A stretch of DNA of 64,000 nucleotides from Octopus vulgaris (lineage: Eukaryota), in assembly GCA_951406725.2 (NCBI GenBank), contig OX597818.1, forward strand, positions 43,462,001-43,526,000, read 5' to 3'. Both the position numbers and the translations under genes were made by a program. Positions 12,160 through 24,035 of the stretch are shown here, one piece after another (positions within the stretch are counted from its first letter, which is position 1; every line of letters begins with the position of its first letter). Below the pieces are notes generated by a model. That model worked only from the letters and a program-made list of their open reading frames with translations. It searched no databases and was not told the origin of the DNA.

Positions 12160-12545
12160 GTGCTCAGGTGCACCACAACTTGTCAAACGTGCTTATAAAG
12201 CATATGCAGTAATGTACAAATGTCTGGAAAGTGAACAGTGTATGAGTCAGATACATTTCTGCGTGTGTATGGAGGGGAGAAAATCAGGTGTAGTGTTGGC
12301 GAATCTCAGGAAACATGGAAGTTTTGAAGGATGCAGTGCTCCGACAAAACTAACAACTGATGCCGGCAGTCTGTTCCATGCTTCAGCAACTCTTAGTGAA
12401 AAAAAAAGTCATGGGAGCTGTGCTGTTTTCTGACTTTGTAAACATGTCCACAGGTGTTAGACAGGTGGAGTTTGAAAAGGTACTCAGAGTTATTGTTAGT
12501 AAGAGTTTGAAAAGGTGCTCAGAGTTATTGTTAGTAATGTCTGCA
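12160..12545 (-). mobile_element. CR1/L2-group LINE 3' remnant
   Basis: Minus-strand translation across frameshifts resembles CR1 ORF2 C-terminal motifs (GHVYKVRKQHS...RVAEAWNRLPASVVS...FK). Contains a 35-bp tandem duplication at about 12468-12537. Confidence 0.7.
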
Positions 12546-12719
12546 TTCCATGCGGGCATTTCCAGAATTAAAAGAAAACTGGGTTTATTGGTTTTTTTCT
12601 GTATTTTTAGATGGTTAAAACCACTCTTCCAAGATGTGATTGTTTCAGTTTCAAAACATAGTTTCAAGATATGAACTTAAATGACAACTACATCTCTTTT
12701 ACATACATTCCTATGCAGT

Positions 12720-14825
12720 GAGGGAGAATGCCCGCACAGCTCTATCACTTTTCATGGCAAGCTTATTGGAAGCCCTCCTATCTCTCTCCTTTGGTGACCA
12801 CCCTCATCCCATTTGCCTCTGGAGTTCAACAAAGTGATCTACTTGGACCTGCTCCATTTGCACTGGACATTAATGATGTTACCAAGATGGGAGCTGACCT
12901 GGACTTGAATGTCTGGTATCATGATGATGCTTGCTTGAGGGGCCCTTGAAACTGTGAGGATGATAATTAAGGGATTTGGTTGTAGAGGCCTTAGTATTAA
13001 CAGTTCTAAATGTGAACTCTAGCTCCTCAACCATCCAGCTTCACATCAGATTGTAAACCTGTTTACAGACCCCTTCTCCTCTATTGTGATTCTTCCTTCA
13101 TCAGCATGGTACTCTCCTGGAGCCCCAATTACTGACAGACCTTTCGAGTACATCTTTCAATTCAAGATGGCTAACATTGAGCAACTTTTAAAAAATCTTG
13201 AGGTAGATGTTTTTTTATTTAAGAATTTCTAGTCGATTCCTAAGTTATTGTATTTTCTCAGAGCTAATTCCTCTAATAGATTCTTGTCATCTCTCCAATG
13301 CTTTAATGATCTAATCTTCAGGAAACTCAAATCCTTGGTCAATGTCAGACTCTCTCCAGAATTCCACCATCAGGGTGCTTTGTCCAAACAGTTTGGTAGT
13401 CTAGGTCTGCATAAGTGCTCATCTCTGTCTCTTCCCCTGTTGTCTTTTCTCCATCTATGTTTGCTTCCCTTGGTAGGCAACATCCTCTCCTCTCAAACAT
13501 CGACTAGTTCCAATAGGGAGATGGATGAAGCTCTGTTTTAGAGGAGAGAGCTGAATTTGTCAATTCCTGTGACAGTTGAGGATAAATGGAAGCAGTGAGT
13601 ATGAGACAATCTGTGTTCAGGTGCCACTTTCAACTCTCTCCTTGACCAACCCGATCAATTTTCAATGTGCCACCTTCTTTTTGCTAGTACAAAATTCTCA
13701 GGGAACTAGACTGATGCCCTGCCTGTGACCAACATTGGTGGTCAACTCAGTCTAGTTGAACTCTGCATCTCCATCACACTCAGAGTGGGAACAAATGTCC
13801 GTAAGGGACTGTGGTAGGCTCCTTGATTCCACAGCTCTTCGCAGTTTGTCTTTCCACCTAAATGCTGCTCCCACCAACTTAATCATTTAGTTGGCCCTGG
13901 CTCAGGTTAATATCCTCTCCATTCTGGAGCTGGCAAGATCATCCAGAAGTCATCATTATCATCATCATCATTGTTTAACATCCTTATACTATCATTCATT
14001 GTTACACTTAATCATCATCATCATCATTTAACATCCGCTTTCCATGCTAGCATGGGTTGGACGATTTGACTGAGGACTGGTGTACCTGATGGTTGCACCA
14101 AGCTCCGATCTGGTCTGGCAGAGTTTCTACAGCTGGATGCCCTTCCTAACACCAACCACTCCGAGAGTGTAGTGTGTGCTTTTACGTGCCACTGGCACGA
14201 GGGCCAGTCAGGCGGTACTGGCAACAGCCACGCTCAAATGGTGTTTTTTATGTGCCACCTGCACAGGAACCAGTCTAGCGACACTGGCAGCGACCTCGCT
14301 TGAATGTTTTGTTTTTTTTTGTGATGGGAAAAAAACCAGATGGTCTTACACTCTGTCCCTGGACAAGAGGTAGGTGCCTCATCTGGGACCTCATAGTCTG
14401 TGACGCCCTTGCTCCCTCCCACATCATGGATGCTGTGGTAAATGGGAGGTCTACTGCTTCCATAGTCAAATGGAACAGAATCCTTAAGTATCGGGACCTG
14501 TCAGTGAACTATCTCACCCAGCCTGTGGCATTTGGGACATTTGGAGGGGCTGGGCTGTTAATGGCAAAGTTCATGTCATTATTGACAGCTTGCCTTACCA
14601 AGGTATCAGGTGATGGCTGTGAGGGTGCTTGGCTGTTCTAACACCTTAGACTTGCCATTGCCCATGGTAACACTGCAAGTCTGTTGGATTGCTTCAGTAG
14701 GTTCCACTGAACCTTGTGGTTTGCAACCAACTGAGGCACTAGATGTTTAATTGGTGTTTTTGCATTTTTTGTTTTTTTTTTGTTTTCTTTCTTTCTCTTT
14801 TTTCTTTTTCCATTTTTCTTTTTGT
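12720..14825 (+). mobile_element. Decayed CRE-like non-LTR retrotransposon (RT plus restriction-like endonuclease)
   Basis: GVQQSDLLGP...F...WYHDD resembles RT GVQQGDPLGP/WYLDD. KPDGLTLCPW...LIWD...KY...PVAFGTFG resembles the PD-(D/E)xK endonuclease. Interrupted by an RTE tail at about 13950-14305. Confidence 0.75.
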
Positions 14826-14937
14826 ATATTTGTTAAATGGATTTGTATACACCAACATTATATATATGTTACATATGATTGATCTTGGATAAACTTTAGC
14901 TTATATGTATATATGTGTGTACATATATACACCCCAC

Positions 14938-15068
14938 ACATACATACATACATACATACATACATACACGCATACATATATACATACATACATACATACA
15001 TACATACACACATACATACATACATACATACATACATACATACATACATACATACACGCATACATACG
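14938..15068. repeat. (TACA)n microsatellite
   Basis: Directly visible. Confidence 0.95.
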
Positions 15069-15136
15069 TAAGTGCACGCGCGTGTTCGTGCGAACGTGAT
15101 ATTTGAGTCTTACAAAATATTAAAATATATACTCAC

Positions 15137-15180
15137 AGCTTATAGGCCACACACTTGACAAGGGCATCAGAAGACATCAT
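15137..15180 (-). CDS. Putative first coding exon: MMSSDALVKCVAYKL
   Basis: Minus strand tttaaATG ATG TCT...AAG CT|gtgagt. 44 nt, phase 2 matches exons 2 and 3; lies next to CpG-rich unique sequence. Confidence 0.7.
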
Positions 15181-15279
15181 TTAAATTAAAATAAAAATCT
15201 AATCAATATTTTTTTCATTCCCCGACTTGAAATTTTTTTTTTTTGTTTTCCTTTTCGCTTAGCTTTATATTAACGATTT

Positions 15280-15480
15280 AATTCACCTCTTCTTGACAAC
15301 GTCTACTTTGGCTGTTTTGTTTAGCAGAGGCGAGTTCCATTGTTTATTTGTTGTTGTATAGTGACGCTGTGGGCATGGTGATTAAGGGGGCACTACTCGG
15401 TGATTCGTTAAAAATTTATTTCACGTCCGGTATAACCGGTTCGTTTCCATTGTGAGTAAACAGATACGCACACCCATTGA
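15280..15480. promoter_or_regulatory. CpG-retaining candidate promoter, possibly bidirectional
   Basis: Unique sequence with many CpGs (gtgacgc, tcacgtccgg, accggttcg) just upstream of the minus-strand ATG; plus-strand donor-like gtgagt at about 15452. Confidence 0.45.
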
Positions 15481-16481
15481 CACAGATAAGATTATGTACT
15501 TTGAGAATATTGCTTAGAGAAAGTACTCTGATATTAATTTATGTCTTAAGCCTTAACATTTTAATTTTCAAGCCGTTGTTTCCTTAATATCAATTAAATG
15601 GCGAGATCGAGGTTACTACTTGGTTTGACCTGTGGTAAATACATCTGTAAGTATTAATAATACATGAATGGATTTTCAAACGCATGCAATTTGATGTCTT
15701 GGTGTAATGCAACCTAGGACTAAATAGTTCTACTCGCACAGATACAAATAATTTATTATTTATATGTTTAAATGTGTGTGAGTGAGAGAGAGAGTGTGTG
15801 TTTGTGTGTGTGTGAGAGTGTGCGCGTGCGTGATTGTATTTACTTATTTATACATACTTGCCATTCAGGCAAATATTTGTTTACATTTATTAAATATACC
15901 AATGGTTCACCTTTCTTTTGACTTCGTGTCGTGCTAAAAATAAATACTATTAATAAGTTCACGCACTTTGCAAGATAATTTCCAATGTATTTGCTAGCGC
16001 ACTTCACGTGGAAAATTAGAAATTACTGCTGTGTTTTGCATGTTAAGACAGCAATTATTGACGGATTTCGTGTGGGAAGTCGAAAATTTAGAAGGAAAAA
16101 TATATATATAGATGCTCATTGTTTACTCCGTTTTATTAGTCATACCCGTGTTCTGCGAGACTATGAATAATGCATTTTTCAAGATTCCCAGCCATTATGA
16201 TGAATTTTCCGAAGCCTTAATTACTAAAATTCTGTGGCACACCACGGCATCACACCGCACCGTTTTGAGACTTGAAGGAATAGGCTTTTGTGCAGCTATA
16301 TATAAAGAATAAAGAAGTGAAATAAAAAGTGTGTACCTATAATTGGAATCGTACCCCGTAAAAGGGAGTCTTTATTTTCGGTATGAGAATTTCTAGGAAA
16401 ATATTTTGGGGTAGAATATCAATCCTTGCCTTTTCAATATTAAAGGCAAGCTTAAATCAAAGATCCTAGGAAGAAGCATGT

Positions 16482-16531
16482 ATGGTGCCGATGACGATTT
16501 TCAAGATGATTGCGTTAGTGGCATTAAAAAG
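16482..16531 (+). CDS. Weak candidate exon MVPMTIFKMIALVALK(R) with GC donor
   Basis: AAG|gcaagt is a consensus GC-AG donor; phase 2 fits the candidate exon at 19278. Confidence 0.25.
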
Positions 16532-17179
16532 GCAAGTTTTGGCAATTTAGCTTCAGGTTAACGCTGAATGGTCAGTCAGACTTATGGTCGAATGTATTTC
16601 AACTATAGCCATCCTGTTTCTATCCACAATGTAACTAAAACAATTTATCCAATGTATCCTTTCCTGAGGTAGTAGAGTCTGATTTGAAGGAGTCTTGGAT
16701 TGTTTTGGGGGGTTTGGGTTTTTTTTTATTATCTAGCAGGTCAACCGACCAGAGACTCCAGATCTATTCCATTTCACGTAATAGATCAGAGACGCTTTCT
16801 GTTATTGCTTAACCCCCAAGTCAGCTCTAATTGAATAAACGTATGACTAAAGGCAATCCAACTGTGACCAGCCTGCCTTTTCCTATGTTCAGTGAACTTA
16901 ACATTATTCAATCACTAACATAGCTAGAGTGTTTGCCGCCCGAGGCGACCCTTCAGTCCCCCATCCCCCAAAATACATATTGTCTACAGCAAACCCAAAA
17001 GTGGTGCTGTCCGGGGCGGAGGGTCCCCTCTTCCACTCTTGTGTATTCAACGTATGCTTTTGTAAGATAATATAATTTGAGGAGGATTTGGCTGCTGTTT
17101 CTGATATGTCAAGTAATCACATACAGGTTCCCTTGTTGACTCATTTGGCTCAAGTAGTGTCAATTGTATAGAGGTAAAA

Positions 17180-17419
17180 CCCTATACTTATGAATGGAGC
17201 TGAGCATGTCTGTCCGTGTGTCTGTATGTGTGTATCACTAAAACTCAAGAACTATCCAACCGATTTCATTCAAATTTTACACATGCATTACTTAGGGTCC
17301 ATGGAGTGTCATGGGCATCTTGCCTAATGTGAGCCTACAGTGATCTCTTAGATTGTTTCGGTATTACGCGTCAAAAATGAAATAACATTATTGTAATGTG
17401 ATATAATAGTTTCACTTTT
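17180..17419 (+). mobile_element. Helitron/Helentron-like 5' fragment
   Basis: gtctgtccgtgtgtctgtatgt followed by ccaaccgatttcattcaaatttt, a pattern typical of non-autonomous rolling-circle elements; termini not seen. Confidence 0.4.
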
Positions 17420-17431
17420 AATAGTTTCACT

Positions 17432-17752
17432 ATGTTGTGTCTGGGGAGAGTCATTTTCTTTTTGTGCCTTATAATATAACACACTCACCGGTAAAATTTC
17501 CACTTTTTTTCTTACTTTTATTTTCCAAAAATTTTGGTTGCTTCTTGCAACATTTTCAATAGTTTTTGAAAAGGTTGCAAGATGCAACGAAAATTTTAGG
17601 AAAATGAAAAATAAGAAAAAAAGTGGAAATTTTACCGGTGAGTGTGTTATATCATAAGGCACAAAAAGAAAATGACTCTCCCCAGACACAACAGAATATG
17701 CTTCAACATACGAACTCATATAAAGAATCTTGCAAAACAAATCCCAAAACGA
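17432..17752. mobile_element. Fold-back retroposon-like element (arms about 120 bp) with 11-bp duplication
   Basis: 17432-17551 pairs with 17574-17692; aatagtttcac lies on both sides. Same family at 40697-41229 and 61400-61610. Confidence 0.75.
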
Positions 17753-17793
17753 AATAGTTTCACCAAGTATATCTAAATATACATGTGTATATG

Positions 17794-17876
<83 letters not shown>

Positions 17877-18348
17877 ATATATATTTGTATATCTTTGTGT
17901 GTGTGTATATATATATCGTTCGAAAAAAGTTCATTTCTATGTTTTTGTTTTTATGTTTTCATTTCTCATTGTGTTCAACGTTTTTTTGATGTCCTGTACC
18001 TATATATGCATGTATATATACATATATCTGTAAGTATGTACATATATGTATGTATATATGCATATATTTATATACTATTTATATTATTATATGTATATAT
18101 ATATTTATATATATATATGTGTGTTTGTGTGTGTGTGTATATAAATGTATGTGTGTTTTTTCCAGTGTTTACAAATAACTCAGAAAAAATAAATAAACAG
18201 TTAGCAGGGTAGCAAAAATTCACACAAGTAACAAGGATGTAACAGCCTATTGATAAAGGTAGAAACTCCAAGTTTAGGTGAAATATTTTGTATAATATAG
18301 ATAAATAAATAAATGGAGTTAAATGCAGGTGTTATTCAAATTCTTTTA

Positions 18349-18436
18349 CTTCCAACATATGTTTCGAAGACAACATTGGTATTATTCCAGAAGGAATAAA
18401 ATTGTGTAAAACAATGCAATCTTCTCATCAGGGAAA
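18349..18436 (-). ncRNA. Type I hammerhead ribozyme motif
   Basis: Minus strand: ttcc CTGATGA gaagattgcattg...caatgttgtcttc GAAAC atat GTT ggaa. Core, stem I, stem II and a palindromic stem III are all present. Confidence 0.7.
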
Positions 18437-18709
18437 GAAAGAAACCAAACATATCAATAAGGCATTTTAACAGAATGTGATGACTGTATATATGATGAAT
18501 GGAACACTATCAAGTTTTTTTTAATAAAACCGTTAGTAGATATAATGTCAAAGATAGTTTATAGAAAAAGAAAGAAATTAGCAGAAAACTAATAGTGGAG
18601 AGATATAGAGTGATAGGTGAATAGGAATAAAGCTTAAAGGAATGGAAGTAGATGTATTTAGTGGATGTGCAATGTAAGAAGACAGTCACAGGTCAAATTT
18701 TATAGAATA

Positions 18710-19110
18710 CTCTTACTCTCTTTTCTCTTTTACTTGTTTCAGTCATTTGACTGCGGCCATGCTGGAGCACCGCCTTTAATCAAGCAACTCGACCCCAGGA
18801 CTTGTTCTTTGTAAGCCCAGTACTTATTCTATCGGTCTCTTTTGCCGAACCACTAAGTGACAGGGACATAAACACACCAGCATCAGTTGTCAAGCAATGC
18901 TAAGGGGACAAACACAGACGCACAAACACACACACATACATATATACGACGGGCTTCTTTCAGTTTCCTTCTACCAAATCCACTCACAAGGCTTTGGTCG
19001 GCCCGACGCTATAGTAGAAGACACTTGCCCAAGGTGCTATGCAGTGGGACTGAACCCGGAACCATGTGGTTCGTAAACAAGCTACTTACCACACAGCCAC
19101 TCCTGCGCCT
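18710..19110 (-). mobile_element. tRNA-derived SINE, family A
   Basis: Full-length reverse copy. Confidence 0.85.
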
Positions 19111-19277
19111 ATGGTAGAAATCATTTATAGTTCCTTGGCAACTTGGACCCCCAAAAGTTGAAACAGCTGTAAGAGTATAGTATTAATCATTCATTTATTC
19201 TTGTTCATTTATTTATTTATTTACTTATTTATACACATGATTGTAATTAATAAATAGATCCAAATGAATGTTTGCAG

Positions 19278-19335
19278 GCTGATGTTTGTTGATGGATTAT
19301 CTTCTCCATTTTCTTCTTTGCCTTATAAATCCTGG
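19278..19335 (+). CDS. Weak candidate exon LMFVDGLSSPFSSLPYKSW
   Basis: tttgcag|G CTG...TGG|gtaaat; open; phase fits 16482-16531. No further exons found. Confidence 0.25.
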
Positions 19336-19604
19336 GTAAATTTCTGGTTTACCCCCACTCATACCTATTATTTAATTGCGCTACTGCCTGACAACAGTAA
19401 GCATTTGGATATAAATACATAGGTATACATCCAGTAGTATACTGGATATTTATTATCCCTTACATGGTTGTTTAACCTCTAACTCATATAGACATGCACA
19501 CACACTCACATATATATATATATATATAGCCCAACTAATTAGGGAGAGAGTCAGTTTATATATAGAGAGAGAGAGAGAAAGAGAGAGTCAGTTTATATAT
19601 ATAT

Positions 19605-21578
19605 ATCCCAACTAATTAGGGAGAGAGTCAGTTTGGTTTCGTGCCTGGGAAAAGCACCACTGATGCTATATTTCTGGTTAGACAGCTGCAGAAGAAATAC
19701 CTTGCCAAAGATAAGCCCCTGTACCTGGCTTTCGTTGACATGAAGAAAGCCTTTGACAGGGTCCCCCAATCCCTTATCTGGTAGTCAATGAGGAAACTAG
19801 GGATAGATGAATGGTTTGTGAGAGCTGTGCAAGCCATGTACAGGGACGCTGTCAATAAGGTGAGGGTTGGCAACGAATACAGTGAGGAATTCTGGGTAGA
19901 GGTAGGGGTCCACCAAGGTTCAGTCCTCTGCCCCCTCCTATTTATCATAGTCCTCCAGGCAATAACGGAGGAATTCAAGACAGGATGCCCCTGGGAGCTT
20001 CTCTATGCTGATGACCTTGCTCTAATTGCTGAGTCACTATCAGAACTAGAGGAGAAGTTTCAAGTATGGAAACAAGGATGAAAATCAAAGGGTCATAAAG
20101 TCAACCTAGCTAAAACCAAAGTCCTAATAAGTAGGAAGGCAAGCAAGCCACAAAGGTAGATGGCCCTGCTTGATCTGTGGAAAAGGCGTAGGTAGAAACT
20201 CTATAAGATGTACCCAGTGTAAGCTATGGACACATAAGAGGTGCAGCAATATCAAAGGAAGGCTAACTGGGAGGATAGTTTTTGTATGTGGCAGATGCTC
20301 GGGAGCTATAAATAACACTGAAAATGTGCAGAGACCAACTTCCGCCACATTCCAGGGAGAAAAACTAGAAGTAGTTGATAGCTTCTGTTACCTATGTGAC
20401 CAAGTCAGTAGCGGGGAAGGGTACACGGAAAGTGTAGCTGCTAGAATAAGAATAGCCTAGGCTAAATTCAGAGAGCTCTTACCTCTGCTGGTGACAAAGG
20501 GCCTCTCACTCAGAGTAAAAGGTAGACTGTACAATGCATGTGTACAAACAGCCATGCTACATGGTAGTGAAACATGGGCCATGACTGCTGAGGACATGCG
20601 TAAGCTCGCAAGGAATGAAGCCAGCATGCTCCGATGGATGTGTAATGTCAGTATGTATACTCGACAGAGTGTTAGTGCCTTGAGAGAAAGGTTGGACCTA
20701 AGAAGCATCAGATGTGGAGTGCAAGAGAGATGACTGCGCTGGTATGGTCATGTGGCGAGAATGGACGTGGATAGCTGTGTGAAAAAGTGCCACACCCTAG
20801 CAGTTGAGGGAACCTGTGGAAGAGGTAGACCCAGGGGACCTGGGATGAGGTGGTGAAGCATGACCTTCAAACATTGGGCCTCACTGAGGAAATGACTAGT
20901 GACCAGGACCTCTGGATATGTGCTGTGCTTGAGAAGACTCGGCAAGCACAAGTGCGGCCATAACCTTCTCGGCAAGCGCAAGTGAGACCATAACCTTGTG
21001 GCCTATGTTAGGGGTGTAACTAGTCCACTTATGCATGCCTTTGCTTCATTGGACACTAAACTCTGCTTGCGAAGACCTGTTGAGGCAAGTGAAATCAAAA
21101 TCGAAATCAAACTCAGTGACTGGCATCCGTTGCTAGTGGAGTGCTAAGAGTACCATACAAGTGAGATTGTTGCCAGAGCAACAAGCTGGCCTCTGTGCCT
21201 ATGGCACGTTAAGAACACCATTCAAGCGTGATCGTTACCTGCATCACCTTACTAGCACTTGTGCTGGTGGCACGTGAAAAAGAAACATTCAAGTGAGGTC
21301 GTTGCCAGTGCCGCTGGACTGGCTCCTGTGCAGGAGGCACATAAAATGCACCATTTGAGCATGGCCGTTGCCAGTACCACCTAACTGGCCCTCGTGCCAG
21401 TGGCGCGTAAAAGCACCCACTACACTCTTGGAGTGGTTGACTTTAGGAAGGGCATCCAGCTGTAGAAACTCTGCCAGATCAAATTGGAGTCTGGTGCAGC
21501 CATCTGGTTTGTCAGACCTCAGTCAAATCGTCCAACCCATGCTAGCATGGAAAGCGGACGTTAAACGATGATGATGAT
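19605..21578 (+). mobile_element. 5'-truncated RTE-clade LINE (RT, C-terminus, 3' UTR, (GAT)n tail)
   Basis: QFGFVPGKSTTDAIF, FVDMKKAFD, GVHQGSVLCPLLF, LLYADD, HGSETW; several stops and frameshifts. Confidence 0.95.
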
Positions 21579-21807
21579 GTGTGTGTGTGAAAATCATTTC
21601 ATGCAAAAATAATTAATGCCGTTTTATTCAGAAGTGAATATACTCATTTTTGAATAAATATTATTCCACTCTACTTAACTGTATTATATTATTCATTATG
21701 TACTTCAATGCACTTCACAGCAATGTGAACCTTTAATCATCTGTGTTTGTGTATGTATGTATACACACATACACACAAATATATATATATATATATATAT
21801 ACATATG

Positions 21808-22863
21808 TGAGGGGGCACCCAAAAGAAACCAGAATTTTGCAATTCACTTTGTTTTACATAATTACACTTTCATCACCTTCAAAATATTGGTCCAGATGCG
21901 TTTTTTACTGTTCGAAGCAGTGCTGGAGCTCTTGCATAGTAATGCCTTTTAACACCTCTGTTGTTTTTTTCTTCACCTCTTCCACATCTGCGAATTCTGT
22001 AGCACCAACTTTCATCACCAGTGTTGACCTTTGAAGAAAGGTCCACATCACTTCCAATTGTTCTTTCAGTTTACAACACACATTCAGTCGGTGCTTCTTT
22101 TGTTCTTCCATGAGCAAACAAGGGACAAATTTTGCTGCAGCTCTTTTCAGTCACAATTCCTCACTCAAAATTTGTTGGCAGGAGCTCCAGGACACACCAG
22201 TCATATCAACAAGTTCATCACTTGTTCATTGGCAGTCCTCCAAGATCAGTTCACAAATTTTCATGGTGTTTTCATTTGTTCGGAGGTCAATGGTCGCCCT
22301 GGATGAGGTTGGCCTTCAAGCAACAAGTGACCATTCCTAAAGCTTGAAAATCACTTATAAACTTGCGTTTTGCTCATGGCAGCACCCTTGTGAGCTGTTT
22401 GAAGCATGACAGTTGTTTTATATTTCTTTATTGCCCACAAAGGGCTAAACACAGAGGGGACAAACAAGGACAGACAAAGGGATTAAGTCAATTATATCGA
22501 CTCCAGTGCATAACTGGTACTTATTCAATTGGATGAAAGGCAAAGTCAACCTCAGCGGAATTTGAACTCAGAACGTAACGGCAGACGAAATACCGCTAAG
22601 CATTTCGCCCAGCATGCTAACGTTTCTGCCAGCTCGCCACCTTGAAGCATGACAGCTGTTTCAACCATTGCAAAAATCAATGAACAGGGGAGAAGCACTG
22701 CAAAGCAAACATGCACCATGTGGCAGTACAATCTCACCCAACAGTGCCGGTTAGTAGACCGATGCCTTAGGGTCGCATCATGTGGCTTCTAGTGGCAGAA
22801 GCCCAAACTACGATGGGCTTGTCCCACAGAGAACATTTCCATTTACTTTTGAGTACCCCCTCA
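21808..22863 (-). mobile_element. Internally deleted mariner transposon with nested SINE
   Basis: TIRs gagggggcacccaaaag / cttttgagtaccccctc. Transposase fragments EEQKKHRLNVC and FADVEEVKKKTTEVL. Family B SINE at 22420-22643 has the TSD ttgaagcatgacag. Confidence 0.8.
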
Positions 22864-22869
22864 TATATA

Positions 22870-23275
22870 GGGGCAGGAGTGGCTGTGTGATAAGTAGCTT
22901 GCTTACCAACCACATGGTTCCGAGTTCAGTCACACTGCATGGCACCTTGGGCAAGTGTCTTCTACTATAGCCTCGGGCCGACCAAAGCCTTGTGAGTGGA
23001 TTTGGCAGACGGAAACTGAAAGAAGCCCGTCATATATATATGTATATGTATATATATGCGTGTATATGTTTGTGTGTCTGTGTTTGTCCCCCCAACATCG
23101 CTTGACAACCACTGCTGGTGTGTTTACGTCCCCGTCACTTAGCAGTTCAGCAAGAGAGACCTATAGAATAAGTACTAGGCTTACAAAGAATAAACCCTGG
23201 GATCGATTTGCTCAACTAAAGGCGGTGCTCCAGCATGGCCGCAGTCAGATGACTGAAACAAATAAAAGAATAAAA
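22870..23275 (+). mobile_element. tRNA-derived SINE, family A
   Basis: Full-length copy; another at about 23635-24000. Confidence 0.85.
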
Positions 23276-23494
23276 GGAAAGAATAATAATGTATATATTC
23301 ATAATATTTATTTGATTGAGAAATTTAGCGTTCCTTTCAATGGTCTATTCAATTAGTGTAACAGTAAACAATAGGTTTACCTTGTAACCATACAGCCAGG
23401 TAGCTCTTGTAGAAGGAAGATACCCCAACATAAAACTTGCAGTCAAAGTAGCATTAGTCATCTTTCCATATTTTTCATTGGAACTTACTATGGT

Positions 23495-23626
23495 GACTAA
23501 GGGTGTTTGTTTTGCAGTGCTTCTCCCCTGTTCATTGATTTTTGTGATGGCTGAAATGAAGGAACAGTGTACTTCCATGAAATTCTGTTTCCTGCTAGGG
23601 AAAACAGTGGCTGAAACATTTGTCAT
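23495..23626 (+). mobile_element. mariner transposase N-terminal fragment
   Basis: MAEMKEQCTSMKFCFLLGKTVAETF resembles the mariner EQR..IKFC..LGK...ET motif; homologous to 22660-22715 reversed. Confidence 0.7.
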
Positions 23627-23999
23627 TTAATGTGAGATGGCTGTTATCTAATAAGATAAAGCTTGCTTCCCAACCACATGGTTCTGGGTTCAATCCCACT
23701 GTGTGACACCTTGGGCAAGTGTCTTCTACCAAAACCTTGTGAGTGGATTCAGTAGATGGAAACTGAAAGAAGCCTGTTGTATATATATGTGTGTGTGTAT
23801 TTGTGTGTCTGTGTTTGTCCCCCCACCATCATTCGACAACTGATGTTGGTGTGTTTACGTGCCCTGTAACTTGGCAGTTAGGCAAAAGAGACAGATAGAA
23901 TAAATACTAGGCTTACAAAAAATAAGTCCTGAGGTCAATTTGTTCAACTAAAGGCAGTGCTCCAGCATGACTGCAGTCAAATGACTGAAACAAATAATA

Positions 24000-24032
<33 letters not shown>

Positions 24033-24035
<3 letters not shown>

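Noticed and set aside
16112-16531. Long plus-strand CDS ending MYGADDDFQDDCVSGIKK
   Set aside because: Several in-frame stops upstream, and a phase-0 join to the 19278 exon hits a stop.
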